A stretch of DNA of 64,000 nucleotides, taken from the sequence record LC739534.1; one strand, given 5' to 3'. This DNA comes from Escherichia phage phiWec181. Positions 16,937-25,086 of this stretch are shown one piece after another. A program made the position numbers and the translations under genes. Under the pieces are notes generated by a model. The model ran no database searches. It was not told the origin of the DNA and saw only the letters and a program-made list of their open reading frames with translations. Position 1 is the first letter of the stretch, and every line of letters starts with the position of its first letter.

Positions 16937-17182
16937 TTAGTTTGCGAAATATGGCGCGGCGGCTGATGCCGTTAATCTCCAAGTGATTTGGCTATCGATC
17001 AAGTATTCTTCATTCTTGATCCGCACGGTATCAATCGAGAAGTTACTGAAAGGCTTGCTCTTGATTTTACGAACAACCGTTACACGACGGTTATTTTTCA
17101 TCTCTTTTAACTGAATCCAGGCGTAACCTTTTTCATTGACAAATATTTCATTGTGATTGGTGATAGATGATAAGTGTTTCAT
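16937..17182 (-). CDS. hypothetical protein (81 aa)
   Basis: ATG at 17182; cassette upstream. Confidence 0.5.
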   Translation of the reverse strand: MKHLSSITNHNEIFVNEKGYAWIQLKEMKNNRRVTVVRKIKSKPFSNFSIDTVRIKNEEYLIDSQITWRLTASAAAPYFAN

Positions 17183-17273
17183 GATTTTTCTCTCTTCTGT
17201 TTTGAGCGGTGGACCATTCCGCCGCCCTATGTGTTACATCTTACTACTTTTTTAAACATTGTCAAGGATATTT
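17183..17273 (-). promoter_or_regulatory. promoter + 5'-UTR hairpin cassette (GGCGGCGGAATGGTCCACCGC)
   Basis: TTGACA -35 and hairpin. Confidence 0.5.
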
Positions 17274-17555
17274 TTAACTATATGATCCACATCGTTCGCA
17301 GTAGTGATCATCGTCGTCATCTGCTACCTGGCTGATAAAATGATCTACCTTTGCTTTCAAATTATTATAATTGCTTTCTACTTCCTGTAGTCGTCGTTGG
17401 TAGTATTCCAGGGCTTGCACATAGGCCATTTGTTCGGTTTTAGCTTGCATAGCTAAATTCATGCCACGCGTTTCATCGTATAACCAATAACCATCATTAC
17501 ATTCACTAATAGATAGTGTAGGGCTTAGTTTTTCGTGACGGATAACCTTGCTCAT
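17274..17555 (-). CDS. hypothetical protein (93 aa) with C-terminal CxxC
   Basis: ATG at 17555 with AAGGGGCAC RBS. Confidence 0.5.
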   Translation of the reverse strand: MSKVIRHEKLSPTLSISECNDGYWLYDETRGMNLAMQAKTEQMAYVQALEYYQRRLQEVESNYNNLKAKVDHFISQVADDDDDHYCERCGSYS

Positions 17556-17565
17556 AGTGTGCCCC

Positions 17566-17676
17566 TTACTTCAAAATGATTGTTGTGATAACTGCTACGG
17601 TGATCCAGAATGGAACAACTAAGATAATAGCGTTAATCGTTCCAACTGTCAAACTATTTTCTTTCTTGATCATCAT
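17566..17676 (-). CDS. small hydrophobic peptide (36 aa)
   Basis: ATG at 17676 with AAGGAAAAC RBS; hydrophobic translation; the 77-aa ORF-track call starts inside the cassette hairpin. Confidence 0.4.
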   Translation of the reverse strand: MMIKKENSLTVGTINAIILVVPFWITVAVITTIILK

Positions 17677-17683
17677 GTTTTCC

Positions 17684-17767
17684 TTACAGTGTCCAAAGAA
17701 TGATTTCAAGTGCAGCACGGAAACCAGGAATAAAATTGATTGCAAAAAACAGGGAAGTAGTAAACAT
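17684..17767 (-). CDS. small hydrophobic peptide (27 aa)
   Basis: ATG at 17767 directly downstream of cassette; hydrophobic. Confidence 0.3.
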   Translation of the reverse strand: MFTTSLFFAINFIPGFRAALEIILWTL

Positions 17768-17772
17768 TTTTC

Positions 17773-17841
17773 TATCCTTTCAGTTGTGAGCGGCACCATT
17801 GCCGCCTGATGAGTTAACTATAAGGGATCACGTTTTACCTG
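17773..17841 (-). promoter_or_regulatory. promoter + 5'-UTR hairpin cassette (GCGGCACCATTGCCGC)
   Basis: TTGACA -35 and hairpin. Confidence 0.5.
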
Positions 17842-18399
17842 TCAACCTAAATCATCAAAATAAAGATAATTTTTTTCGGCTTCTTTCTTCTCTTCCTGTG
17901 ATGCCTCAAAGACTGGGAGAAAGTGATCAAAGGCGACGCACTCAACCGCTTGATCGTCTTCCTCTTCCTGGTCTTCCTCCTGGGCTATGGCTGCAATTTT
18001 GGCTAATTTCCTTTCAGCCTGGATCAGCTTACCATCTAAAACGCTTTTAGCGGTGCTGTACGCCGTCCAAGTGATGCGCTTACTTTCCAGCGCGGCATCA
18101 AGCGCCGCTATCTTGCTGGGGTATTCATCCAGGACACGAAAAGCCGGATCTACCTTGTACAGCGGATTATCTTTCGCGCCGTCGCTATCATCTGCGGCGC
18201 TTGCAATGTCAGCGTTACCATTCGCCAGCCAACCAGGGCGATCGCTGCGTGTTTTGGTATTCCCATGACTACGCGCCGATCTGTTGCCTACTTGCTCGCC
18301 ACTATAGCCAGGAGCATGATCGATCATGTCGTCCGGTATAATGCGCGGATCATTAACGTCATGTTTTACCCAGGACTGGATCACATATTCGCGCCCCAT
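17842..18399 (-). CDS. hypothetical protein (185 aa) with acidic C-terminus
   Basis: ATG at 18399 with AAAGGGGTG RBS; no cassette of its own, so likely in operon with two genes upstream. Confidence 0.6.
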   Translation of the reverse strand: MGREYVIQSWVKHDVNDPRIIPDDMIDHAPGYSGEQVGNRSARSHGNTKTRSDRPGWLANGNADIASAADDSDGAKDNPLYKVDPAFRVLDEYPSKIAALDAALESKRITWTAYSTAKSVLDGKLIQAERKLAKIAAIAQEEDQEEEDDQAVECVAFDHFLPVFEASQEEKKEAEKNYLYFDDLG

Positions 18400-18659
18400 T
18401 ATACACCCCTTTTAACAATCATTTCACACACAAGAAATAAGCTGGCGGAATCACGGCAAGGATAGAAAGATGTACGATAATCTCTCACCCCTGCTTTTAT
18501 GATCTCCGTGGTTTTACCTGATAGCACATTGTAAATAGTGTAACTTGTCGGACTGTTTTTATATACCTTGCCAGGGTAGATCATAACATAACGAGCAAGG
18601 TTATAAAATTCCTCGTTACGAAAGGCTATGATCTTCCCGCATACCTTAAGAAAGTGCAC
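18399..18659 (-). CDS. hypothetical protein (86 aa)
   Basis: GTG start at 18659 with AAGGGGG RBS. Confidence 0.45.
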   Translation of the reverse strand: MHFLKVCGKIIAFRNEEFYNLARYVMIYPGKVYKNSPTSYTIYNVLSGKTTEIIKAGVRDYRTSFYPCRDSASLFLVCEMIVKRGV

Positions 18660-18669
18660 GTTAGCCCCC

Positions 18670-18942
18670 TTACAGCAAAAAGTTTACTTGTCTTGCTGTT
18701 AATGTAGTATCAACCATTTTCGGGCTTTTATAATTGACAAAACGCGCGGTTTTTTCAATAGCGAAGCCGAGATAATCTTGTTTGTTGAAATTACATTCTT
18801 TCTTAAATGTTTCCCGTGCAATGGCGATCGCTGCGTCCAGGGATAAACGCCCGTCAATATTGATATTTGCGAAAGATCCGCCACCGCTCATAGGTTTACC
18901 AGTGGTGCCCGTTACGATCATTGTTGCGCTATATGATGCCAT
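18670..18942 (-). CDS. hypothetical protein (90 aa)
   Basis: ATG at 18942 directly downstream of cassette. Confidence 0.5.
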   Translation of the reverse strand: MASYSATMIVTGTTGKPMSGGGSFANINIDGRLSLDAAIAIARETFKKECNFNKQDYLGFAIEKTARFVNYKSPKMVDTTLTARQVNFLL

Positions 18943-19032
18943 GATGATAATCTCTCTTAGTTGTGAGCGGTGGACCATTCCGCCGCTCTACGTGATACAT
19001 CTTATCAGGTTGTTGCCTGTTGTCAATACTTT
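18943..19032 (-). promoter_or_regulatory. promoter + 5'-UTR hairpin cassette (GCGGTGGACCATTCCGCCGC)
   Basis: TTGACA -35 and hairpin. Confidence 0.5.
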
Positions 19033-19230
19033 TTATTCAAGCCCTACGATATGTAAGACACGGCGATTAGCAATAGCGTGCTGGTCTTCTGTTATAACGC
19101 CCATTTCTACCAGTGAATCAAGAAAGGAAAGCACCGTGATATATTCGTCATCGGGTACACTCATTTCATTAGTACCGTTTACCACTACGTTGATTTGTCC
19201 TGCTTTCGCTACAATGTGCAATGTTGCCAT
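19033..19230 (-). CDS. hypothetical protein (65 aa)
   Basis: ATG at 19230 with GGAG RBS. Confidence 0.5.
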   Translation of the reverse strand: MATLHIVAKAGQINVVVNGTNEMSVPDDEYITVLSFLDSLVEMGVITEDQHAIANRRVLHIVGLE

Positions 19231-19504
19231 GATCTTAACTCCAGGTGATGAATGATGTTTTTTGTTGGTTGACGGTGGATTATGGAGATCCTCACCTTTG
19301 CCCGTCCTGCATTGCGCCCTCCTGTTGTTTATTGTCGTTGTGCCTCGCCCCCCTCGACAAGATTAATACTACGCTACCAGGTGCGGAACGTCAACGACTT
19401 TTTCAATCTTTTTTATTTTCTTTTTGCTTGCTATATATAAAGGAAAGGGCTATCATCTTTCTACCGCGCCAACCAGGGCGCACAACAGAAGAAAGGGCGA
19501 CACC

Positions 19505-19771
19505 ATGACAACTACTACATTACACCTTATGCACTCGTTAGGCTGGCAAGGCGGCACGGTCCACCAGGTAGCAAGCGCAACGGGCTTAAAGGTTGAAACA
19601 GTTCTCAACCTGGGCGATCATAAAGTGGAAGAGATAGACCATTTTGATCCGTTCGCTGATGGTTATCTCTGGGCTTGCAGTGGCGGCGGGGAAAGCAAGA
19701 TACCGCCAGCCGCGCGGGGCGATATGCATTTTTGGTTAGGTGTTCTCTCCTGGCAAGAAAACAAAAAATAA
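19505..19771 (+). CDS. hypothetical protein (88 aa) in GC-rich island
   Basis: Only plus-strand ORF here with ATG start; weak RBS. Confidence 0.35.
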   Translation: MTTTTLHLMHSLGWQGGTVHQVASATGLKVETVLNLGDHKVEEIDHFDPFADGYLWACSGGGESKIPPAARGDMHFWLGVLSWQENKK

Positions 19772-19774
19772 TCT

Positions 19775-19802
19775 TGACAAGCCCAGGGATCGGGCTTATA
19801 CT
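19775..19802 (+). promoter_or_regulatory. near-consensus sigma70 promoter (TTGACA, 16 nt, TATACT) with no downstream ORF
   Basis: Hexamers read directly; no plus-strand ORF over 30 aa for the next 6 kb. Confidence 0.55.
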
Positions 19803-20029
19803 GTTTTACATACAGAAGAGGAAGCGCCACCCCACGGCGTAAAGGCGGGGCTAACATACCAGGGGCACTGGTTGGAAGGTCGATCGCCGGGAGGCTGGGC
19901 GCTATATATTTGTAAAGAAATGTAAAGATAAAATAATCGCTTGCTTTCCTGGCTGGATCTGTTATTCTTATTACATGGCGAGGGGACACGGGAGCGCGAG
20001 ACAATCACCGGACCTGCCCGTCATTCTGC

Positions 20030-20150
20030 AAATGAGAAAAATTCTCATTTGCAAATAAGACTCATTCGCATTTAATAATTGAATGAGAATCATTCTCATT
20101 CTCATTCGTATTTCGATTTTAAGTGAGAATAATTCTCATTTCGGTAATTT
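20030..20150. repeat. three palindromic TGAGAAT-N-ATTCTCA sites (operator-like)
   Basis: TGAGAAAAATTCTCA, ATGAGAATCATTCTCAT, GTGAGAATAATTCTCAT read directly. Confidence 0.6.
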
Positions 20151-20151
20151 T

Positions 20152-20354
20152 CACGTAAACTTTAGAATTTGCTTTTCAACTTTCACTTTTGTAAAAGCAA
20201 AAAAACTTTAAATACCTGGTGCGCGCGACTTTTTAAAAAATTTTTCTCGGTTTTTTGCTTTGAAATCTGGCCCACCAATTTGAGATAGTGTACGTAAACT
20301 TTAGAATTTGGTTTTGGATTCTCACTTTTGTAAACTCGTAAAAAGTTTAAATAA
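20152..20354. repeat. two ~60 bp direct repeats (ACGTAAACTTTAGAATTTG...TTTGTAAA...TTTAAATA), iteron-like
   Basis: Copies at ~20152-20214 and ~20291-20354, ~85% identical, AT-rich; TTGAGATA repeated three times nearby. Confidence 0.6.
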
Positions 20355-20481
20355 TTGTAGGGATTTTGAGATAGTTTGCTTGTAAGGTTTGAGATAATCC
20401 TTCCCGAAGATGTTACGCAGCCTACAGCCTACCTGAATGCTCGTCTAACGAGATTAACTCTAAAAGATGAGTGTTGGTGTA

Positions 20482-20522
20482 GCTAAAGAGAAAAGGCTCT
20501 CTACGGTGTTGTAGGAGCCTTA
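20482..20522 (-). terminator. intrinsic terminator of minus-strand operon
   Basis: Hairpin AAGGCTC...GAGCCTT followed on minus strand by TTCTCTTT, 3' of gene 20592-21119. Confidence 0.5.
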
Positions 20523-20591
20523 TTTCTGTGGCACAAAGTTGACGTATTCTTTTTAAAAACGAATTTTTTCAAAATATCACGAATATCGCCT

Positions 20592-21119
20592 TTATGGTAT
20601 TTTGGCTGGGAACAGGATTTTAATCAGATTGTTGTGGTATTGTCCTAAAAGATTCTGCCCTTTCCAGTTGGCAGGATTAAGCACCCCTGGTTCGTACATA
20701 CCCATTCCAATTCCGTAAACCTTATCATAAGGACTCGCCTCAACGAACGTTTTGAATTGGTACAGTCGCAAGTCAGAATAAAGATCAGGGTTCTGTGTAT
20801 ACTTCAAGCATAAGCCTCGCATTACGATACGCTCTCGGTACTCTTCCCACATGTCATTATTAAAACCAGACACCGCTCGACCCATGCGCTTGTAGTATGC
20901 CTGTCCCTTCTCGTCGTCACGCTTCATTGAGTGATCAAGGATAGCTGCTGCGATTACCTGATCCTTGAACAGCAAAGCCTTACGCCACATCATGTATTGC
21001 TCTACACAACAGAAAGTTTCATTGTACCCTGGTTCCGTCTCTGTGAATGGTGCAATGTACCAATTGCTAAACACATCTTTATGTGAAAAGAAGAATACAT
21101 ATTCATTAGTTATTCGCAT
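20592..21119 (-). CDS. NADAR/YbiA-like domain protein (175 aa)
   Basis: Translation shows FFxxxxxFSNW, CxEQxMMxxKA and VEASPxDxVYGIG with NLLG, matching the YbiA/NADAR pattern as I recall it. Confidence 0.6.
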   Translation of the reverse strand: MRITNEYVFFFSHKDVFSNWYIAPFTETEPGYNETFCCVEQYMMWRKALLFKDQVIAAAILDHSMKRDDEKGQAYYKRMGRAVSGFNNDMWEEYRERIVMRGLCLKYTQNPDLYSDLRLYQFKTFVEASPYDKVYGIGMGMYEPGVLNPANWKGQNLLGQYHNNLIKILFPAKIP

Positions 21120-21330
21120 TTTTCATGCCTCTTAAGACTTCAGCTTGCCCGTCTTGAAAAGCTTTCATCAGAACTATCTTAAGATTGACTTCCAAGCGTT
21201 CTTCATCCTCTTTATAACAATCCAACACTGCCTTAAGTTCATCATAGTGGTTCAGAATAGGTTTAAAGATTTCATGATCTGCTAAACGTGCCATAGTTTC
21301 TCCTTTGTTAGTCCATCCACCAGTAGCCAT
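21106..21330 (-). CDS. hypothetical protein (74 aa)
   Basis: ORF overlapping neighbours, operon context. Confidence 0.5.
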   Translation of the reverse strand: MATGGWTNKGETMARLADHEIFKPILNHYDELKAVLDCYKEDEERLEVNLKIVLMKAFQDGQAEVLRGMKNANN

Positions 21331-21673
21331 AAACTGCGTCTGCGTCGATGAGTTTGTGTTTGTTGTTCCGCATGTAGTCTAAGATAAGTAGACGTTTATT
21401 GTATCTGGAGAGATTATGACCCTCTTTTCCGCCATAGTCAAAATATTTTGCAAGACTTTTACACTCAAACAAAATCAGTTCGGGAGTTTCTTCACATTGG
21501 TCTGTCTGGTACACTTGACGGATGATCATGTATACGTCATCGTCTTCCGCTAAGTGCTCTACTGGTCCACACCCAGCAGGAATAAATTCATAGTCCCATC
21601 GAATCAGATGTTTCTCTACTGCTTCAAAGAAATCCATTTTTTCGCTACGCATGATCTGAACATCAATTAACAT
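21308..21673 (-). CDS. hypothetical protein (121 aa)
   Basis: ORF, operon context. Confidence 0.55.
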   Translation of the reverse strand: MLIDVQIMRSEKMDFFEAVEKHLIRWDYEFIPAGCGPVEHLAEDDDVYMIIRQVYQTDQCEETPELILFECKSLAKYFDYGGKEGHNLSRYNKRLLILDYMRNNKHKLIDADAVYGYWWMD

Positions 21674-22679
21674 AATTTTCCTCCTGTCTCATTATTCCAC
21701 CTGCTTGGTTGATAGCACTTAAGACAACAGCCAAATCCTCACGCAGGAAGGTTTCACTATGACCGTCTTTCATGTGCAACGCTTCCACACAGCCGATAGA
21801 CGGTAGGATCTGATCAGTCTTAGATTTTAGCTTACTCTCTAACGCCCTGCAAGCCTGGTAGGACGGCAGATCAAACAATGCTACACGTTGCATAAAGTAG
21901 TTATTATTTGCATTCTGAATCTTCAAACGTATATCACTATCCTTTGCAATCCCCAGCTTGAAAGCTCCCGTATCTTCTCCATACTCATCAAGGATAACGT
22001 TGATGTAAAATTCTTGCTGTGATCTGCCTTTACATTCAGAACAACCATTCCCACTTAGATACTTATTAGGTGTTATCGTTTGTTCTCCGTGCTCACTACA
22101 TAAATATTTAAACTTAGACATGGTTCCCACCTTACCAACGAACCCTATAAACTGGTCCCCTCGTTCCTGGCAAGCTTCAGTCATACGGAAAATCCATTGC
22201 GCAGGAGTGTAACGATGGTTTTTAGAACAACGGCAAGCAAGCAGCCCATCTCTAAGACTGCTCCTCGTTACTTCAAACCTACCGTTACACACGCCAGCCT
22301 TTACATATTCGTCATGAGAACATACGGAACACTTAACTATCCAATAAGCCGCCCATCCTTTACTATCTAATCTATCACTACGATAATACTCACGCGGAAC
22401 GTTATCAGGACACGCTTTGTTAAAGGTTGTGATATGGATTGAATCATCAATTAAACATGTTTGCCTTATTGCTTCCACCCTACAACCTTTACAACCACTT
22501 CCTATTTTAGCATTATCTATAGAAGTTGTTCTCCATTCCCCATGTATAGAACATTCACAGGTTAGTTTAGTGCGTGCCCCCTTCCATTCACCATGCCACC
22601 CCGTAATGGTCCACGGTTTATCCTGGTAAGCTTGTTCTATTTCTTCCTGATATTCCTCCCAACTTTTAGCCCTCATCAT
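21663..22679 (-). CDS. zinc-ribbon repeat protein with C-terminal T5orf172/GIY-YIG-like domain (338 aa)
   Basis: Multiple CxxC/CxC pairs; C-terminal FKLGIAKDSDIRLKIQ...KDGHSETF shared with paralog 26247-27200. Confidence 0.55.
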   Translation of the reverse strand: MMRAKSWEEYQEEIEQAYQDKPWTITGWHGEWKGARTKLTCECSIHGEWRTTSIDNAKIGSGCKGCRVEAIRQTCLIDDSIHITTFNKACPDNVPREYYRSDRLDSKGWAAYWIVKCSVCSHDEYVKAGVCNGRFEVTRSSLRDGLLACRCSKNHRYTPAQWIFRMTEACQERGDQFIGFVGKVGTMSKFKYLCSEHGEQTITPNKYLSGNGCSECKGRSQQEFYINVILDEYGEDTGAFKLGIAKDSDIRLKIQNANNNYFMQRVALFDLPSYQACRALESKLKSKTDQILPSIGCVEALHMKDGHSETFLREDLAVVLSAINQAGGIMRQEENYVN

Positions 22680-22689
22680 CCCCCCTACA

Positions 22690-22716
22690 ACAAATGCCCC
22701 TTGCGGGGCATCTTTA
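22690..22716 (-). terminator. intergenic hairpin (attenuator/terminator-like)
   Basis: ATGCCCC-TTGC-GGGGCAT stem-loop between genes; modest U tract. Confidence 0.35.
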
Positions 22717-23856
22717 TTAGAACACGCTACTTAAGGTTGCAGATCGTGTAGTGGTTGGTTCCAGAACCACACGGAACGTATCCCCAGGTTTATCGCTCAC
22801 TACTACAATCTTACCACCTTCGATCAGGTCACACTTCAAACCTTCGGCAGTAGCTTTCAGGTCGATGCGTGGATCGCCATCATCATCCAGGATAACGTAG
22901 CTGCTATCTTCGAGAGGCTCCAGTTCTTCGTCTTTCACGGCTTCCAGGTAGATGTTCAGTTCACATGCACCAGACAAGAACTTGGTAGGAGTGAACTCAT
23001 GCCAGTTGTTGACCCAGTTAGGCTTGATAGCTTTACCGTTGACAACAATAGAGCTAATCGTCCAGCGTGCATCGTTACCCAGAGAGATACCCATCATCTC
23101 CAGACAGGTCTTGAACGTCATTTTCGGATAGAAGTTTAACTCTTCTACGATCCCTTGAATAACATCGAAAGACAGTTCAGTGCTAACATCCCACAAACGT
23201 TGGAAGCTTTCAACATGTTTGCGATTCTTCAGATTCTTGTCCAGGTAGTCCAGCATAGTTTCAATAGACAGTTTGTCGTAGTTGAAGCTATAGAAGATAC
23301 GGCTCGGACGGTTGACGAAGTATTCCGAGATGTATCCGCTGTTCTTTGTCAGCATGAACAGTTTGTTACCGCTACCTGTGCCATCCAGCAGAGTCAGCAG
23401 TGCTTCCTGATCTTCCTTCTTGGAATACACTTTGTCGAACTCATCGAACAGTACTACTGCGCGTTCAGAGATCTTACTCATGAACTCCAGGAAATTGGCA
23501 TCAGAATATGGCTGCGTTACCAGAATAGTTGGGATTCCCAGGTCTTCCGCTTCCAACAGAGTGTTACTGATCAGTTTTGCCAGCATTGTCTTGCCACTGC
23601 CTTTTGTACCCGACAACAGGACACCTGTGTTCTTACCTTCTTTACTACGACGAGCGAAGGTACGGATAACGTGGGCTGCACGTTCTTTGGTTTCCCCGTA
23701 CAGGCGATCAGGAATCGTGAACTTATCAGCGCGACTAAGAGAATAGTTACCATGTGGATCACAATTGACAGTCCAAACGCCAGCGGGGAGTTTATCAACC
23801 TCTACACCAAAATCTTTATTAACAATTGCAACATCCCCATAAACTGTGTATTTCAT
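22717..23856 (-). CDS. AAA+ family ATPase (379 aa)
   Basis: Walker A GTKGSGKT and Walker B VVLFDEFD in translation; RBS AGAAGAGGAGAAAG. Confidence 0.7.
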   Translation of the reverse strand: MKYTVYGDVAIVNKDFGVEVDKLPAGVWTVNCDPHGNYSLSRADKFTIPDRLYGETKERAAHVIRTFARRSKEGKNTGVLLSGTKGSGKTMLAKLISNTLLEAEDLGIPTILVTQPYSDANFLEFMSKISERAVVLFDEFDKVYSKKEDQEALLTLLDGTGSGNKLFMLTKNSGYISEYFVNRPSRIFYSFNYDKLSIETMLDYLDKNLKNRKHVESFQRLWDVSTELSFDVIQGIVEELNFYPKMTFKTCLEMMGISLGNDARWTISSIVVNGKAIKPNWVNNWHEFTPTKFLSGACELNIYLEAVKDEELEPLEDSSYVILDDDGDPRIDLKATAEGLKCDLIEGGKIVVVSDKPGDTFRVVLEPTTTRSATLSSVF

Positions 23857-23881
23857 TTACTTTCTCCTCTTCTGTTGGAAT

Positions 23882-23916
23882 AGACGTATTATCTCTTGTC
23901 TAATACGTCTTGTCAA
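23882..23916 (-). promoter_or_regulatory. promoter (TTGACA, 17 nt, GATAAT) overlapped by perfect 10 bp inverted repeat AGACGTATTA/TAATACGTCT
   Basis: Read directly; the IR spans the spacer and -10. Confidence 0.55.
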
Positions 23917-23924
23917 TACTTGTT

Positions 23925-24284
23925 TTAGATCCCTTCGCCTTTAGTGATGATAGCTTCCATCACCACAGCTTTCTTCTTACGTTGAACATCTTGACGGATC
24001 AGGAGGCTACCACCTTGATCATCCTTATACTGCTTCATGATGATGAAGTTGTTGCCACACACAGCGCCGATAGCCACGTATGGGCGATTAGAATTATCCA
24101 CATCCGCAGATGGGGTTACATCCGTGCAAGTAAAGAACTTGCCATCAGGATCAGTATAAGCAAAGTGGCCTTTAGCAGTTACTGCAACTTCTCCGGTGCT
24201 TGTGGACTGTGCAGCCACAAACGGTGCAGCAGATGCTACGAAACTTGCAGACAGCAGGGCTACAGCTAAAATAATCTTTTTCAT
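23925..24284 (-). CDS. secreted protein (119 aa, signal peptide)
   Basis: N-terminus MKKIILAVALLSASFVASA. Confidence 0.6.
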   Translation of the reverse strand: MKKIILAVALLSASFVASAAPFVAAQSTSTGEVAVTAKGHFAYTDPDGKFFTCTDVTPSADVDNSNRPYVAIGAVCGNNFIIMKQYKDDQGGSLLIRQDVQRKKKAVVMEAIITKGEGI

Positions 24285-24296
24285 GGTGATCTCCTC

Positions 24297-24458
24297 TTAT
24301 TCCAACAACATACACAATGCAGCTACAACCAAGAACAGAGTAGCCACGCTTAAAGCGATAAACATTCCTAATTGAGAATGAAATTCGCCTATGATAGGTG
24401 CAGACAACGCACTTAGCAAACAACCTGTCAAACTTGCTTTGATAATAAGATCTAACAT
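24297..24458 (-). CDS. small membrane protein (53 aa)
   Basis: Below ORF-track cutoff; GGAGGTAAT RBS then ATG; two hydrophobic segments. Confidence 0.45.
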   Translation of the reverse strand: MLDLIIKASLTGCLLSALSAPIIGEFHSQLGMFIALSVATLFLVVAALCMLLE

Positions 24459-24466
24459 ATTACCTC

Positions 24467-24718
24467 CTACAATTCCACAATAGTTTTATCTAAGTGGTGT
24501 GCCTCAACTTGAGATAAGGTTAGCACTTCAACCAAACCTCTGTCAATACCTAATTTGATCACTTGCAAATAATCACCGAAAAGATCAGAGATTTCAATCT
24601 GGTGTTCAGTAACCACCACGACCTCGTTACCCTTGGTATACTCTCTCCAGATTCGTCCACACTTATAAATGAAATCTTTCTGGTCTTCACTGATCATCTT
24701 AGGCTTAACGCTTAACAT
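24467..24718 (-). CDS. hypothetical protein (83 aa)
   Basis: ORF, operon context. Confidence 0.5.
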   Translation of the reverse strand: MLSVKPKMISEDQKDFIYKCGRIWREYTKGNEVVVVTEHQIEISDLFGDYLQVIKLGIDRGLVEVLTLSQVEAHHLDKTIVEL

Positions 24719-25086
24719 TACATACTCCCGTAGTCTGGTTCAATATGGTGTTTACGACAAATAGCATCCCAACGTTCACTACCGAAACCCCGTCCGTGTA
24801 GTGCATCGTATGCGAAATGTTCTGCCAACCACAATACTACACCATCTGGTTCAGTGTCAAGCGGAATTCGAAATTCTCGATCATAACGCATACGGAGAAC
24901 AAACTCATTACCGTCTTCCAGGAGATGCATGTGACTTTTCGCTCGTGATGCCAAGTCAAAGAAAGGTGCCTCGTCTTTCCAAACCTGGCGCTCAACCTCA
25001 ATACCGTGATCAACTACCAGGGTAGCAATCACATCTTTCATTTCTTTACTAAACATATTCCCTCCTAATAATGTTTTAAAGTCCAC
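24718..25086 (-). CDS. hypothetical protein (122 aa)
   Basis: ORF, operon context. Confidence 0.55.
   Translation of the reverse strand: MDFKTLLGGNMFSKEMKDVIATLVVDHGIEVERQVWKDEAPFFDLASRAKSHMHLLEDGNEFVLRMRYDREFRIPLDTEPDGVVLWLAEHFAYDALHGRGFGSERWDAICRKHHIEPDYGSM

Noticed and set aside
7866-19032. CRISPR array suggested by the repeated ~20-30 bp GC-rich motif
   Set aside because: Repeats are 250-400 bp apart, separated by expressed genes, not by uniform short spacers, and each pairs with promoter hexamers; no cas genes.
7866-19032. Cassette hairpins as intrinsic terminators
   Set aside because: No U-tract follows the stem on either strand; they sit between -10 and RBS, so a 5'-UTR role fits better.
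19740-20008. ORFs 19740-19925 (+), 19663-20004 (-) and 19796-20008 (-) in the GC-rich segment
   Set aside because: No RBS, overlap each other in different frames, high-GC artefacts; region treated as non-coding downstream of the orphan promoter.
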